Assembly (NCBI GenBank): GCA_951406725.2 | Contig: OX597834.1 | Location: 18,538,001-18,602,000 of the forward strand | Length of the DNA: 64,000 nucleotides | Reading direction: 5' to 3' | From: Octopus vulgaris | Lineage: Eukaryota | Shown: positions 35,229 through 48,054 of the stretch, in pieces | Numbering within the stretch: the first letter of the stretch is position 1 | Layout: each line of letters starts with the position of its first letter | The notes under the pieces: generated by a model | Told to the model about the DNA's origin: nothing | What the model saw: the letters and a program-made list of their open reading frames with translations, nothing else | The model's database searches: none | Made by a program: the position numbers and the translations under genes

Positions 35229-38200
35229 AATAAAAACCAGTCATGTATTGGCTGGATTTTATCCCACGCACCAACAAATTTAACGCTGACAAAAAATTTG
35301 ATATTCGTGATTATTGAACGCATTTAAACACACACACACACACACACACAGAGGAGAGAGAGAAAGAGAGACGTGAATAGTTCCCAATTTAGATGTAAAT
35401 TGATAACGCAAGTCTAATTGAAAAGGGTGGTGCTTTTTATTCTCTTCCTTTTTCCTATTTTTAATTTGTCAACTTAAAGTACTATATTTGTCCCAAAATA
35501 TTGAAATCAAAATTGTAAAAAGAGTCAAGTAGCCGATCCCTAGTTAAGCTTCCAAGATGAACTTACACATACACTCAGCATTATGCGGCTATTCTACGAG
35601 GAAAAGAGAGCTTTTTTAAAACAAAGGCACGCCTAACTTTAAAAACATACCACGTGTCATTTAATTTCACTTTAAATTTGGATATATAAAGAGAAGGAAA
35701 GAGATGAAGAGGGAGAGACAGACAAAGAGCGAGAGAGGGAGAGAGATAAAGAGAGAGAGAGAGAGAGAGAGAGTGTGTGTAACGTAATTTAAAGACCTGA
35801 ATCATCCTCAAATACGGGGATTTAGAAACGGTAAAGTTAACAACGTCTGGCATGTTGTACGATCGTAGAGATTGAAGCTGTTCTTCGCTTTTGCCTGAGC
35901 CACACTGTTAATGTAAGTAGTGCGGTGGTCTGGGTTCGGCAGCCTTGAAAGGCAGCCAGACCCGGAGAAGGGCAGCTAGGAGCGCACAAACCTTCGCTGT
36001 CTGTGAGTGTTTGTGAACATGAACTCTCATAACCTCTCAAATGTAGTAAAGTAACTCCACTGGTGGAGGTGCATAGTTAGTGAAAGCGCATGGCTTAGTT
36101 GTTAGGGTGTTGGACTCACGATCATAAGGCTGTGGTTCCGATTCCTGGACCGGGCAATGCGTTGTGTTCTTGAGTAAAACACTTCATTTCATGTTTGTCC
36201 ATTCCACTCAATAGGTAAAAATGAGAGACCCGGCCACGGACCGGCGTCCCGCCCAGAGAGGAATATATACGCCAGAGAAACTAGGAAACCGACTCTATGT
36301 TCCTTACAGATTAACGTGGACTAATCAAACCGTTTGCTGATTACTATGCCGGTTAGCTGATTTCCATAAGCGACCAAAATCGCAACATCCTTCTTGAACA
36401 GGACGCCAGTCTATCACAGGATTACTCGTCTACAACTGTGTGAACTGGAGCAACGTGAAATAAAGTGTTTTGTCCAAGAACACGATGCAGCGCCCAGTCC
36501 AGCCCTGGAATCGAAACAACACGGCAACCACTAGGCCAACATTACAAACACAACATTACTATATGACACTGAGCAATATTACAGTGCTACCACTGACTAC
36601 AGCAGTGAACTAGTGAATCATGTTACTATGTCAACAACAAAATGGACGAAGTTGTCAATATGATGACCAGAGAAACAGTGACTGGTTGATTGATTGAAAG
36701 ATATCTTGTAATTTCAGTAGTGCAGAGCTCCTGGCTTAAGAGGAAAATATGTTGAGAAATAATATTGCCAGACACGTTGGAATGAGGATTATAATCGAAA
36801 TATTTGTATTTTGGTTAATAATGTATCATATTTAGAAAAAACGGAATTGACATTTGTTTCTGCATCAATATGTTTACAACACCTCTCTCATTTATGTGGT
36901 GTGTGTATACACACACACACAGACTCGTACTTGTACATACGATATAGAGACACACACACACTTTACGCATATATATACACGCGCAGGCACACATTCATGC
37001 AGCCAGCATCTCAGCGTTGTCTATCTAATGCGCAACTAATGACGGTAACGACCATCGATTATTCCCGTTGGTAAAAATTTCATTTCCACTCCCATCACCA
37101 ACCGCCATGGTAAAGTAGCGGAAAATCGATTGCCTTCCATCCTTTCAGGATCGATAAAGTAAGTACCAGTCGAATACTGGGGTTGATGTAATCGACTTAC
37201 TCACCTCCCATGAAATTGCTGGCCTTGTACCGAATTTTGAAACCATTATTATATTGGGGAATTTATGACATTTCGAAACAGAAAGACTATATATGTTTTT
37301 GCAATATAGCATCACCAAGCCTCAATCCGGCAAAGGGGTGGGGCTCCTGGGCCCATATGTCGCAGAATTAGATTCGAATTTCACATACCCCGTTGTCATG
37401 GATACTTCGTTGTGCAACTTCTTTGTTTGTCTACTCTGTAGGAAATCGGTATCAGTTTTTTTGTCTGGAGAGTTAAGGTAACAGATTTAGGGTGTGGCAG
37501 GTGACTGGAGGAAATTGTCTTGTTGGTTTTGTAGAGATCTCTTTTACTGAACAAAAGAGGGGAGATTTTACGTGGTCGCCCAATGTGCTGGAAATGACAG
37601 TCAAATCTCCTACACATCACACCTTGCCATTTTATGATGTAGCTAATGGCTGAAGGACATTGTCTTGATATTGTAGAAAATACCTCTTTTACTGAACAAA
37701 AGAGGGGAGTTTCTAGGTGGTCGCGCAATGTGCTGGAAATAACAGTCAAAGGCAAAGCTGGTGACCTTGACAGGAATTGAAACCAGAATGTAAAGAGCTG
37801 CAACAAATAGCGCAAGACATTTTCATCTGCCAATCTAACGTTGCCTTACAAGAAAATACGGATCTTTTCCTTTTGATAACCAGATTTCAACACAATTTCT
37901 AGTTAACTAAATACTTTAAAACTTCGTATACTGGTAGAATGTGGCAAAAAAAGGAAAAGATCCGTACTCAGAAGAAACGAAGAATAACAAAGAGAAAAGA
38001 AATTCCTCCACCCCTCAAAACACAGAGACGAGATGCTTTTGAATTGCTTCTTCAAAGATTCAGTTTTATATTTTATGAAAAATTGAAGAGACTGCATCGA
38101 GTAGAGAACGTGACGTTAATAAATGCCATTCTCTTGTCATATTGTCATGAATCATGTTTGCTTATGGTGTTTTTGGGTGAATGTCCTTGATTTAAACAAT

Positions 38201-38633
38201 TGAATTAGCATGCCTTCTGTGTTACAGAAATATATTAGCGTCGTATTTGTTTTGTTTTGTTTTAACGTGCAGACGACAACGAGGACGACGCGAGCGCCAT
38301 TTTAGTCAAACATGAACAATAGCACTTTGAAAATTAATAAAATATAGGAAAAAAACTCGTTTTATCACACTTTTTTTTATGATAATAAAACGTCACAAAC
38401 TAGGCTTATTGATCGATTCTAGATCTTTTGAAAGGGGAGAATAATGAGGCAATGAATGATGAAACGTTGAAGTGATAGGCATGCAGACAGCTTGAAACTG
38501 AATTCTATGGCGTCTTGTTAGCATCACGATATTAATTGCCTCCAACATAGGCACACGGTCTGAAATTTTGGGTGAAGTATTAGTTGATTATATCGATCCC
38601 AGTATTTTATTTAGACTTTATTTTACCGATGTA

Positions 38634-38972
38634 GGATCTTTTCACTTTGACCGGCAGATTTTAAAAATAATTTCTTTGTAACTAAACACTTTTAAACTTC
38701 GTATACTGGTAGAATGTGTTACACAAAACATCTTTCTCTCTTGGCTTTGTTGAGAAAATTCTGTAGTTTTACTCTTTTACTTGTTTCAGTCATTTGACTG
38801 CGGCCATGCTGGAGCACCGCCTTTAATTGAGCAAATCGACCCCGGGACTTATTCTTTTGTAAGCCCAGTACTTATTCTATCGGTCTCTTTTGCCGAACCG
38901 CTAGGTGACGGGGACATCAACACACCAGCATCGGTTGTCAAGCAATGCTAGGGGACAAACACAGACACACAA

Positions 38973-39016
<44 letters not shown>

Positions 39017-39704
39017 GACGGGCTTCTTTCAGTTTCCGTCTACCAAACCACTCACAAGGCTTTGGTCGGCCCGAGGCTATAGTAGAAGACACTTGCCCGA
39101 GGTGCCACGCAGTGGGACTGAACCCGGAACCATGTGGTTGGTAGACAAGCTACTTACCACACAGCCACTGTAAGCTATTTCTTGCATTTCGGCAATTTCA
39201 ACCAATCAATGACGTCTATTGAGGTGAATACAATTCCTGCTGTTCGTTGTCAACAACATTTTCTAGCGGTGTCATATCAGTTTCTTAAACGAATATATAA
39301 TATGTAATGTGTGTATCTGTGCAACAGAGAGGGAAATTAAAACTGCATATGTTGTGAACTTAGAATATGCGTTTATTAAGAAAAGTTTAATAACGATAAT
39401 CTTTTATTCATACGAACGTAACTGATATGAAATATGTCATAAATAGCAGGGACAAACTGGTATGACACCGCATTGACAAACAACCGCAGAAATGTTATTC
39501 ACCTCAATAGACGTCATTGATTGGTTGAAATTGCCGAAATGCAAGAAATTTAACAAGAAATAGCTTACAAACTACAGGATTTTCTCAACAAAGCCAAGAG
39601 AGAAAGAGGTTTTGTGTAACACATTCTACCAGTATACGAAGTTTAAAAGTGTTTAGTTACAAAGAAATTATTTTAAAAATCTGTCAGTCAAAGTGAAAAG
39701 ATCC
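38634..39704. mobile_element. Long palindromic GGATC-TIR MITE with SINE A inserted (38770-39169, minus)
   Basis: Termini GGATCTTTTC and GAAAAGATCC, inverted arms over 200 bp, TSD CCGATGTA/CCGATCTA. Confidence 0.85.
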
Positions 39705-40149
39705 CCGATCTAATATAGAAGTAGAAAATTGATGTAAAGCTAGTAAAATAAACTGGCATACCCATTGTATGTCCACCCCGACGTCGCCTCTAATTTTTGG
39801 TCTTATGTCTGTGTGAGATATTATATAAACAACATCAAGCATAACTGTGTGGTTAGGAAGCTCGCTTTGCAACCATATGGTTTTGGGTTCAGTCTCGCTC
39901 TACGGCACCTTAGGCAATGATCTATTGTCCCGGGCTATCAAATACTTTGTGAGTGAATTTGATAGACAGAAACTCTGTGGAAGCCCGATGTGAGCGTATG
40001 CGTGTCCGAGTCTGTCCTCTTCCCACATCGATCGCTTGACAACCGGTATTGGTTTGTTTACGCTCCCGTACATAGCGGTTGGACAATAGAGACCGATAGA
40101 ATAAGAGACTTAACGTTATGGCTGAGGTCGATTTTGTGTGACTAAAACC

Positions 40150-40567
40150 TATTTCTTTATTACCCACAAGGGGCTAAACACAGAGGGGACAAACAAGGAC
40201 AGACATAGGTATTAAGTCGATTACATCGACCCCAGTGCGTAACTGTTACTTAATTTATCGACCCCGAAAGGATGAGAGGCAAAGTCGACCTCGGCGGAAT
40301 TTGAACTCACAACGTAACGGCAGACGAAATACCTATTTCTTTATTACCCACAAGGGGCTAAACATAGAGGGGACAAACAAGGACAGACAAAGGGATTAAA
40401 TCGATTACATCGACCCCAATGCGTTACTGGTACTTAATTTATCGACCCCGAAAGGATGAAAGGCAAAGTCGACCTCGGCGGAATTTGAACTCACAACGTA
40501 ACGGCAGACGAAATACCGCTAAGCATTTCGCCAGGCGCGCTAACGTTTCTGCCAGCTCGCCGCCTTA
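40150..40567 (-). mobile_element. SINE B dimer inserted into a SINE A tail
   Basis: TSD TTGTGTGACTAAAACCT at 40134-40150 and 40568-40584. Confidence 0.88.
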
Positions 40568-40921
40568 TTGTGTGACTAAAACCTGTCAAAGCATGGCCGC
40601 AATCCAATAACTGAAGCAAAAAAAAAAAAAAATCCTAAAATATGAAGGAGTGCCACGTGCTATGAAATATAAAGGAGCGACTGGAACGGTTTTGTAACAG
40701 AACTGAAAACTGCGAGTGAGGAGAAAATGTCGAAATATGATCAGGTCTCGTAATACAACTTGTGATAATAAATTATAAATATAATCGCATGCACTGGAGT
40801 AAGTTCAGTTCAGAAAATATTATCAGAAGCGTGGGAGTGACGGGTTTCCTTGAGAGGGCTGTGTGTATAAACGCATACACACACACACACACTATATGTA
40901 TACATATTCACAATATGTGCG

Positions 40922-40963
<42 letters not shown>

Positions 40964-41357
40964 TGTATGCACACATAGACAATGTATATATACGAACATA
41001 AGCACACACAGATTATCGTTTCTGGGTCGAGAATTACAGGAAATTGAAGTAACATGATACAGCGAATAACTAGTAAAGAAAGCACTAACCTACGTTACAC
41101 GGTAAGCTTGAAAATCTAATTAATCAAGAGTATAGTAATTAAGAGGAGAGGTAGACATTGTCGAACAACGATGAAATCAACCAAAGAAATGGTAAGGGTG
41201 ACAATTTGATGTAATATGCCGGAGTAGAATGGTTTGTTGCACCAAAGTCCCAATTCAGTTATCCTCCAGTTAGACGGTGGGGATATCTCCGGACAGGTTT
41301 CAGTCATATTTGACCTCTTCAGAGAAGTATAATCAATTACGTGACTTGTTAGATGGT

Positions 41358-41478
<121 letters not shown>

Positions 41479-42077
41479 ATACTCAGGGCAATGTGCATAT
41501 CTGCTGGTGTGACAACATAGCATGATGCCAAAAGTAAATATCTCAGGAACATCATCCATGTTACTGCTCAGGATGTTAGCTTTAAAGCAGGTCACCTGAA
41601 TTCACCTGGTTGTTTTATTTGTGCTTTAAAAAATTTTATTGATCGATAAAATTGTCACTAAAAAGATTCTGTAAACGAATTCTATTAAACAATTCAATTT
41701 GCTTTCACTAATCAGTGTTAGCATTAATTTACATTTACTTAGTGATTCATCATTACTTCAGTGAAAACGATGCGTCGCTGAGGAGGTCAGTAAAACCAAA
41801 ACTTGTCTGGAATTGTTTCCCTTTTAGCCAAATAAGATAATATAAGTCGCTTTTTTTCTTCATCTTACAATTATTTTTAGTTAGTCCCTTGATGCCCCCT
41901 CTATGTTAACACTAACTTTATTATTTACATGCAGATGGCACATCTGAATAAATATAAATTTGCTTAGTGAGCAGAAGAAGAAAAGTGTGTGTGTGTGTAT
42001 CCATCCAAAGTGTATGTTCATGTGTGTTGATCAGTTTTAGGAATTCTTTGACTGGCAAGAAGAAAGGAAGAGCTTAC

Positions 42078-42172
42078 ATTCAGACCGGAGACCTGGTCCG
42101 AATGCAAGCATTTGTGGTCAAGTCTGCTGTGTAGATCCCTCTGCGGGTATGTAGGAGTGAACCCCAATGACG
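42078..42172 (-). CDS. Candidate 95-nt internal exon (SLGFTPTYPQRDLHSRLDHKCLHSDQVSGLN)
   Basis: gtttaatag|CG...CTGAAT|gtaagc. Only one frame is open (phase 1 in, phase 0 out), compatible with the 11-nt microexons and the 27057 exon. Confidence 0.45.
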
Positions 42173-43089
42173 CTATTAAACAGGCTGACTAATTAAGTCT
42201 AGCAATCAAGAACAGGAACTATTCTTTCCTCCATGGGGCTTCTCCGGAGTTTCTGTCGACCAAATTTAAATTACAAGGCTTTGGTCCACTCAAGGCAATA
42301 ATAGAAGGCACCTGCTCAAAGTGCAGTAGGACCGAACCCTAAAAACCGTCTTAACCATGCAGCTGTTCCCATATTAATATTCATAATACTTTTGCACTAA
42401 ACGCACTGTATAGTAATTAGTTTCAACTCCATTATTTTCTGTATTGAAACCCCGCCAATATAGGACCTGCTTACCATTCCACTGACATCAATAAAATATA
42501 GCGAGAAATCCATTCAACCCGGTTTAGTACAATATTTGGCATTGTGCCTTTCAGCGAAAAGAAATCAATTTATTGACCAACGGAATTAACAGAATACATT
42601 TTCTCAAGAAATTTATACTATGTTACTGCTTATTCACATTTCAGCCCTGACTGAATCACATCCGTTTTCAAAAAAGGACCTATAAGACGAATTTGTCCAT
42701 TTTTGGACATATGAATGAGATTTAATGGAGGAGGGGGAAACATGAACCCTAACACAGTGAGAATGATATTCTAAAAATTGCCAGTTCCAAGTTTGGATAA
42801 TGTAGTCGAGAGAACAGAATCGTTGCTAAAAGAAAACTTGAATTGTTATGATTTGATTGCTTTTTACCACAAATCAGCTTGGTCAAGGCTAACCTTGGGC
42901 TAAAACAGCAATAGAAATAGCAGCGGCTTTAGTAATTATTAACACCGCCTGCTTATTAGAACATGGTAGGAACATGCTTGGCAGTTCAAGAGGGGTGTAC
43001 GACAGGGTTGAATGTTATCACCAGATCCGTTTTCATCGTACGGCGAAATAATTCTGCTAGCTAAAGGACATTTAGCAAGAAGGACAATC

Positions 43090-43815
43090 CATTAGTTATG
43101 CAGACGACACAGACGACGCAGACGACACAGACGACACAAAAAAAATAATCAAAGAACCCACCAATTTATGACATAAGAATGAATGGAACAACCTTGAAAC
43201 AAGTCGATAATTTTAAATATTTGGGAACCATTGTTACATCAAATGGGAAAAACGAATTAAATCAAAGATTGGACAGGCTGTAGTTGCTTTGTGTGAAAGC
43301 AAACATACATCGTCAAATAAATGGCTGTCTATAAAAATGAGGGAAAGAGTCCTTAAGGGATACGTAAAATTCATTTCTACATATTGGTGTGTGATGTGGA
43401 ACGTCAACTAACAAGTAGAAAAAGCTTCTCAATGCTGCACAAATGTGGTTCCTCAGATGAATGTAGAAAAGCAGAAAGTCTATACAGCAAGGATAACCAA
43501 ACGCGAAGTCTTTAGGCTGGTAGTAACCGGTAGAAAGCAACATAAACGGGGGGCATCAAGCAAAGTTTGTTGGATATCATGAGAATACATAGCCAGCAAC
43601 ACTTAATGGCAACCGGAAAACTTAAAGGAAGAAGCAGAGAGAAGAGGGCGAAAGAGAGAGAGAGAGAGAGAGAGAATAAAGAGAGACAGAAGATACTCGA
43701 TGGCTTTACCATCTGGTTGCAGAAAGACTGACCCAGTAATTTGCTGTGTGGGGACTAGAAGGAGTAGAGGACCATAATCACCTATGTTTGTAGGCCAGGC
43801 ACGAGGTAGAAGAAA
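43090..43815 (+). mobile_element. Degenerate RTE-clade LINE 3' portion
   Basis: YADDT, NGTTLKQVDNFKYLGTIVTSNG, LNAAQMWFLR and GKLKGRS motifs, heavily disrupted. Confidence 0.8.
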
Positions 43816-44013
43816 GCTATTTGCAGTCTATGCAATGACTAATATGAAATCTCGTTTAAGAAACCGAATTAAGTTTATTTCTGTTCCCATCATCTCCAGT
43901 TTCACTGAACGTTGTTCATGAACTTAAATATTTCTAATTTGTTAAACAAAGTATGTAATTTTAATGTCAACTATTAGAAAAAGTAGAAAAAAGAAAAAAA
44001 AAAAAAAAGACTC

Positions 44014-44416
44014 GGATCTTTTCGGTTTGAACGGCAGTTTTTTCTAGCGGTGTCATATGAAATTGTCACCCATAATTATGACCCTAGTATCGATCTATTG
44101 CATTTCTATCTGTTTTAGGGTTAGGGGGAAGGGTATCTTTTTTCTTCACAAATGTAAATAAACCCAATCTGTTTCTTAAACGAGGGACATATTCATACGG
44201 CACAGAATGGTTTTTTTTTTTTACCTCAATTGATTGGTTGAAATTGCAGAAATCGAAGAAAAAACAACAACAAATATCTTACAAACTATAGAATTTTCTC
44301 AATAAAGCCAAGAGAAAAAGATATTTTATAAACACATTCTACCAGTATACGAAGTTTAAAATTTTTTAGTTACCTAGAAATTATGTGAAAAACTGCCGTT
44401 CAAACCGAAAAGATCC
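44014..44416 (+). mobile_element. GGATC-TIR MITE (Merlin-like)
   Basis: TIR GGATCTTTTCGGTTTGAACGGCAGTTT; perfect 8-bp TSD AAAGACTC; internal TTAGGG motifs. Confidence 0.88.
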
Positions 44417-45226
44417 AAAGACTCTCAGAGAGAAACATTTTTCAATGTTTCACTGACCATCTTGTCTTTTATGTTTTTTTCTTTTTCGTATTCCAGTCGT
44501 CATCACCGGTTCGCGGTGGTTGGTCCAAGAAGGAAGTACAACAGAGGTGTGTACTATCACCAGACTTGTTTTCACTGTACAGCGAAATAGACAAAAGTGA
44601 GTTAAAGACTGGAGTTGATTTAATTTGCCAATCTCCTACACTGAAATCTCAAGTCTTGTACCTACGTTAGAAACGACTGTACAGGGAGATAGCTATGCGA
44701 TCAATTCATTATCCATGCAGTATAAAGACTGGAGCAGAGAGCTAACAATACCTATTATGAAGGCAACCAGCTGGCAGAATGGTTAGCACGCCGGGAAAAA
44801 TACTTAGCAGTATTTTGTCTGCCTTTACGTCCCGAGTTCAAATTTCGCCAAGGTCTACTTTACCTTTTACTCTTTCGGGGACGATAAAATATGTACCAGT
44901 TGAGCACTGGAGTCGATGTAATCGACTTACCTCCACCCCTCAAAATTGCTGCCCTTGTGCCAAAATTTGGAATCAATATCTGTTGTGAAGACGACAGTCC
45001 TCTGAGCAACAACAAAGAAAGAGTTAAAAATCAATTTGTTCTGTTAACGATGAATGTAAAAAGGTAGAATGTGGGTCTTAACCAGGTATGGGCAATCTTT
45101 TTCGAGAAACGGGCCACGCGCCCTCATTGCAACAGGAAAAACAGGGGATAACCCGAAGATACTTATTCCAAAGATATAAGAAAATACAACACCTAAATAA
45201 ATAAATAAATAAGGCGGGATGCTTAC

Positions 45227-45237
45227 AGCTTGAAATT
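45227..45237 (-). other. Candidate 11-nt microexon AATTTCAAGCT
   Basis: gtcttttaatcag|AATTTCAAGCT|gtaagcatcc; paralog at 46333-46343. Confidence 0.45.
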
Positions 45238-45672
45238 CTGATTAAAAGACACCACCAAAACCCCTGGCCCACACACTAACGCTTTTAATTTGCCCCTGGT
45301 CCTCAAGATCTGGCTGTTTTTCTGCCATCTTCACTTCCCTGCTTCCTCTCCTCCTCGTGTCCCTTATATTGACTCCCACCCTTATCCAGGCCTTGCACTT
45401 ACTATGTCAATGTCTTCCCACCCTGAACGTCCAACCGCTGTAATACCCTCCTTTCATATCTTCTTCCTGCAATCATTGATTTTCCACAGTTCAAGCGGAA
45501 CATAAACAGCATCAATCTCAACGGGGATGGCCTGCCAAAGTCACGAGCACAGCCCTTCCTCCACTACAAAAGATTAGAAAATGCAAAATAAATCCACAAG
45601 AGGAGCCTCTGCATTGTCGCTCGACCAGCTAGAATTAGCCATCAAATCTCCCTTTAACTACACCCTACCGTC

Positions 45673-46077
45673 GGATCTTTTCGGTTTGAACGGCAGTTTT
45701 TTAAAATAATTTCCACGTAACTAAACACTTTTAAACTTCGTATACTGGTAGAATGTATTTATAAAACATCTTTTTCTCTTGGCTTTATTGAGAAAATTCT
45801 ATAGTTTGTAAGATATTTGTTGTTTTTTTTCTTCAATTTCTGCAATTTCAACCAGTCATCTATTGAGGTGAAAACATTCTGTGCTGTATGAATATGTCCC
45901 TCGTTTAAGAAACAGATTGGGTTTATTTACCTTTGTGAAGAAAAAAAGATACCCTTCCCCCCACCCCTAACCCTAAAACAGATTGAAATGCAATAAATCG
46001 ATACTAGGGTCATAATTATGGGTGACAATTTCATATGACACTGCTAGAAAAAACTACCGATCAAACCGAAAAGATCC
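45673..46077 (-). mobile_element. GGATC-TIR MITE (Merlin-like), inverted relative to 44014-44416
   Basis: Same TIRs with the internal sequence reverse-complemented; TSD CTACCGTC/CTGCCGTC. Confidence 0.88.
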
Positions 46078-46332
46078 CTGCCGTCTTATATATGCCCACA
46101 GATAACCTTTGAAGTGCAGGATGGCTACTACTGGAATTACTACCCAGTCAAGGTTCCCTAGGACTAAGTAACGATAACAGATATGTCATAAAGAGAGCCT
46201 CTATGTGGAAGCCAAATCACTTTTGAACCACAAAAGCACAGCAGTTTTAAAACAAAGATACACGACATTCGATAAAAAAGACCAACTTCTAATGAACTAG
46301 GAAAAAAAAAAATAATAATGCAGGATGCTTAC

Positions 46333-46343
46333 AGCTTGAAAGT
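46333..46343 (-). other. Candidate 11-nt microexon ACTTTCAAGCT
   Basis: gtattttaatcag|ACTTTCAAGCT|gtaagcatcc. Confidence 0.45.
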
Positions 46344-48054
46344 CTGATTAAAATACTCCTTTAATGAGAGCTAACCTCAGGGCCTGTGAGAGTAGGGTTC
46401 AACAGGAACAGCGATTCATGGCTCAGAGAGCCAACTATCTGTTGGGTTTCTCCCATAAAAGAACTGAAGAAAACAAAATATGCTCAACATCTTCGAATTT
46501 TGAGGGCCACTCCGCTTCTTCATCCGGCGGCCCGAAAATAGTTTTGTTCCGCTTTGCCAGATTTCTCTTTGAAGCCCTGGTTGACCCGAGACTAAACAAT
46601 CAGACTATTGTTTTAAATTCCCCCCGGGCTGGGACCAAACAATAAGCCAGGAAAAATTCCTGTGGTGACAACACCAGCGACACTTCTGTAAAAAAAAAAA
46701 AAGACACTGTGCACCGCCTTCTTCCTATAACGACATCACAGACAGCAAAAACAACAGCAACGTGGAGTAATTCAAGCCCCTCTTTCGAAAAACCACCCAC
46801 GAGTAATTTACACTAAATTCAAAATCGTTACACGATTCCTCATCTCCTATTTTGCCCTCTTCCTCCTCCTCCTTTCTTCGTCCACATGGGAGTCAAAGAT
46901 TTTCTCACTGAAGGCTTTTTTTTCCCCCTCTTCACCAGACAACCAATCCCTTCTATCACACCCTAACGAAACCCAAACAAAATATTCAATGAAAGCTAAA
47001 TAAATAGATTAAAGAAGAAAAAAAATCTTCCAACTTTAAACCTTATATTATTAACATCGTTCGTTACCCATCTCTTACATTTCGGGCTGCAGAAGTAATT
47101 TAGGTTAAACACACACGCACACACACACTTTTTTTTAAGGACCAAGTCTTGGTTATGTAATGCAAACCGTCTTTGTGGCTAGGAAATATTTCAAAAGTCC
47201 GGGAAACATCTATAATTTTTCCGGATTGTTTTTGCGTTTTGGGGTTAAACCTTAAAAATAATAAACACCCACGAATCATAGAGCTACATTTATGTAAACA
47301 TTTGTTTATGTATTCCTTGGTGCACATATACAAATTCTTTCACATGTCACACATGCACACACATACATGTTTGCATATAAGTACACACACACACGCATCT
47401 CTATATAAGTACATGCACATACGTGCGCGCACTCACAAATTTGCATATAAGTACACGCACACATTTGCATATATATGCATATTCATAAATATTCAGACAA
47501 ACACGCAGACAGACACACACCCTCTGTTCACACGAAGGATACATTTCGCCAGAACCTAAAACTTTGCCAAAAATAAGCAATAAATAAGTAAATAAATGAA
47601 TAAATAAAACTAAAATATTTCAAAAAAAAAAAAAAAGATTTTCTTTTTTCAGTTTTTCTCATAAAATGTAACTTTTCTTTGAAATTGTGCTGACTTCTAT
47701 ATTTCATGTCTTCAACCCAGTCACCGTCGTCTTACACACACACACACACTATTCTTAAGCAACCCACCGCCACGTGCCTCTGTTGCATTTTCTGCTGTTC
47801 TTGTCTCAGTCTTACTTGCCCCCATCCCCACCCCCCCACTAAAAAAAAACAAACAAATAAAAGTAAAACAAAATCTTTAAAATGGGCGTAAATGAAGACT
47901 CCTGGAAATCATCTGAAAACCATTTCTCCAAGAATAGGACAAGATAGAGGAATGAAATATTTAAAATTTCTATATTTTTGCAAAGACTGCAAAAGGAAAC
48001 TGTGTAACGAGGAGCATCGGAAATAAAGATTATTATTATTATTGTTGTTGTTAT

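Noticed and set aside
37396-37833. 145-aa minus-strand ORF
   Set aside because: Built from a decayed SINE B fragment and a local ~90-bp direct duplication (about 37514-37606 and 37659-37750).
42078-42172. KCLHSDQ resemblance to the protocadherin CM2 cytoplasmic motif
   Set aside because: Only HSD matches and there is no cadherin-repeat exon in the window.
46400-46685. Possible TGA readthrough or selenocysteine frame after the 46685 acceptor
   Set aside because: No recognisable homology or SECIS element, and further stops follow. More likely untranslated sequence.
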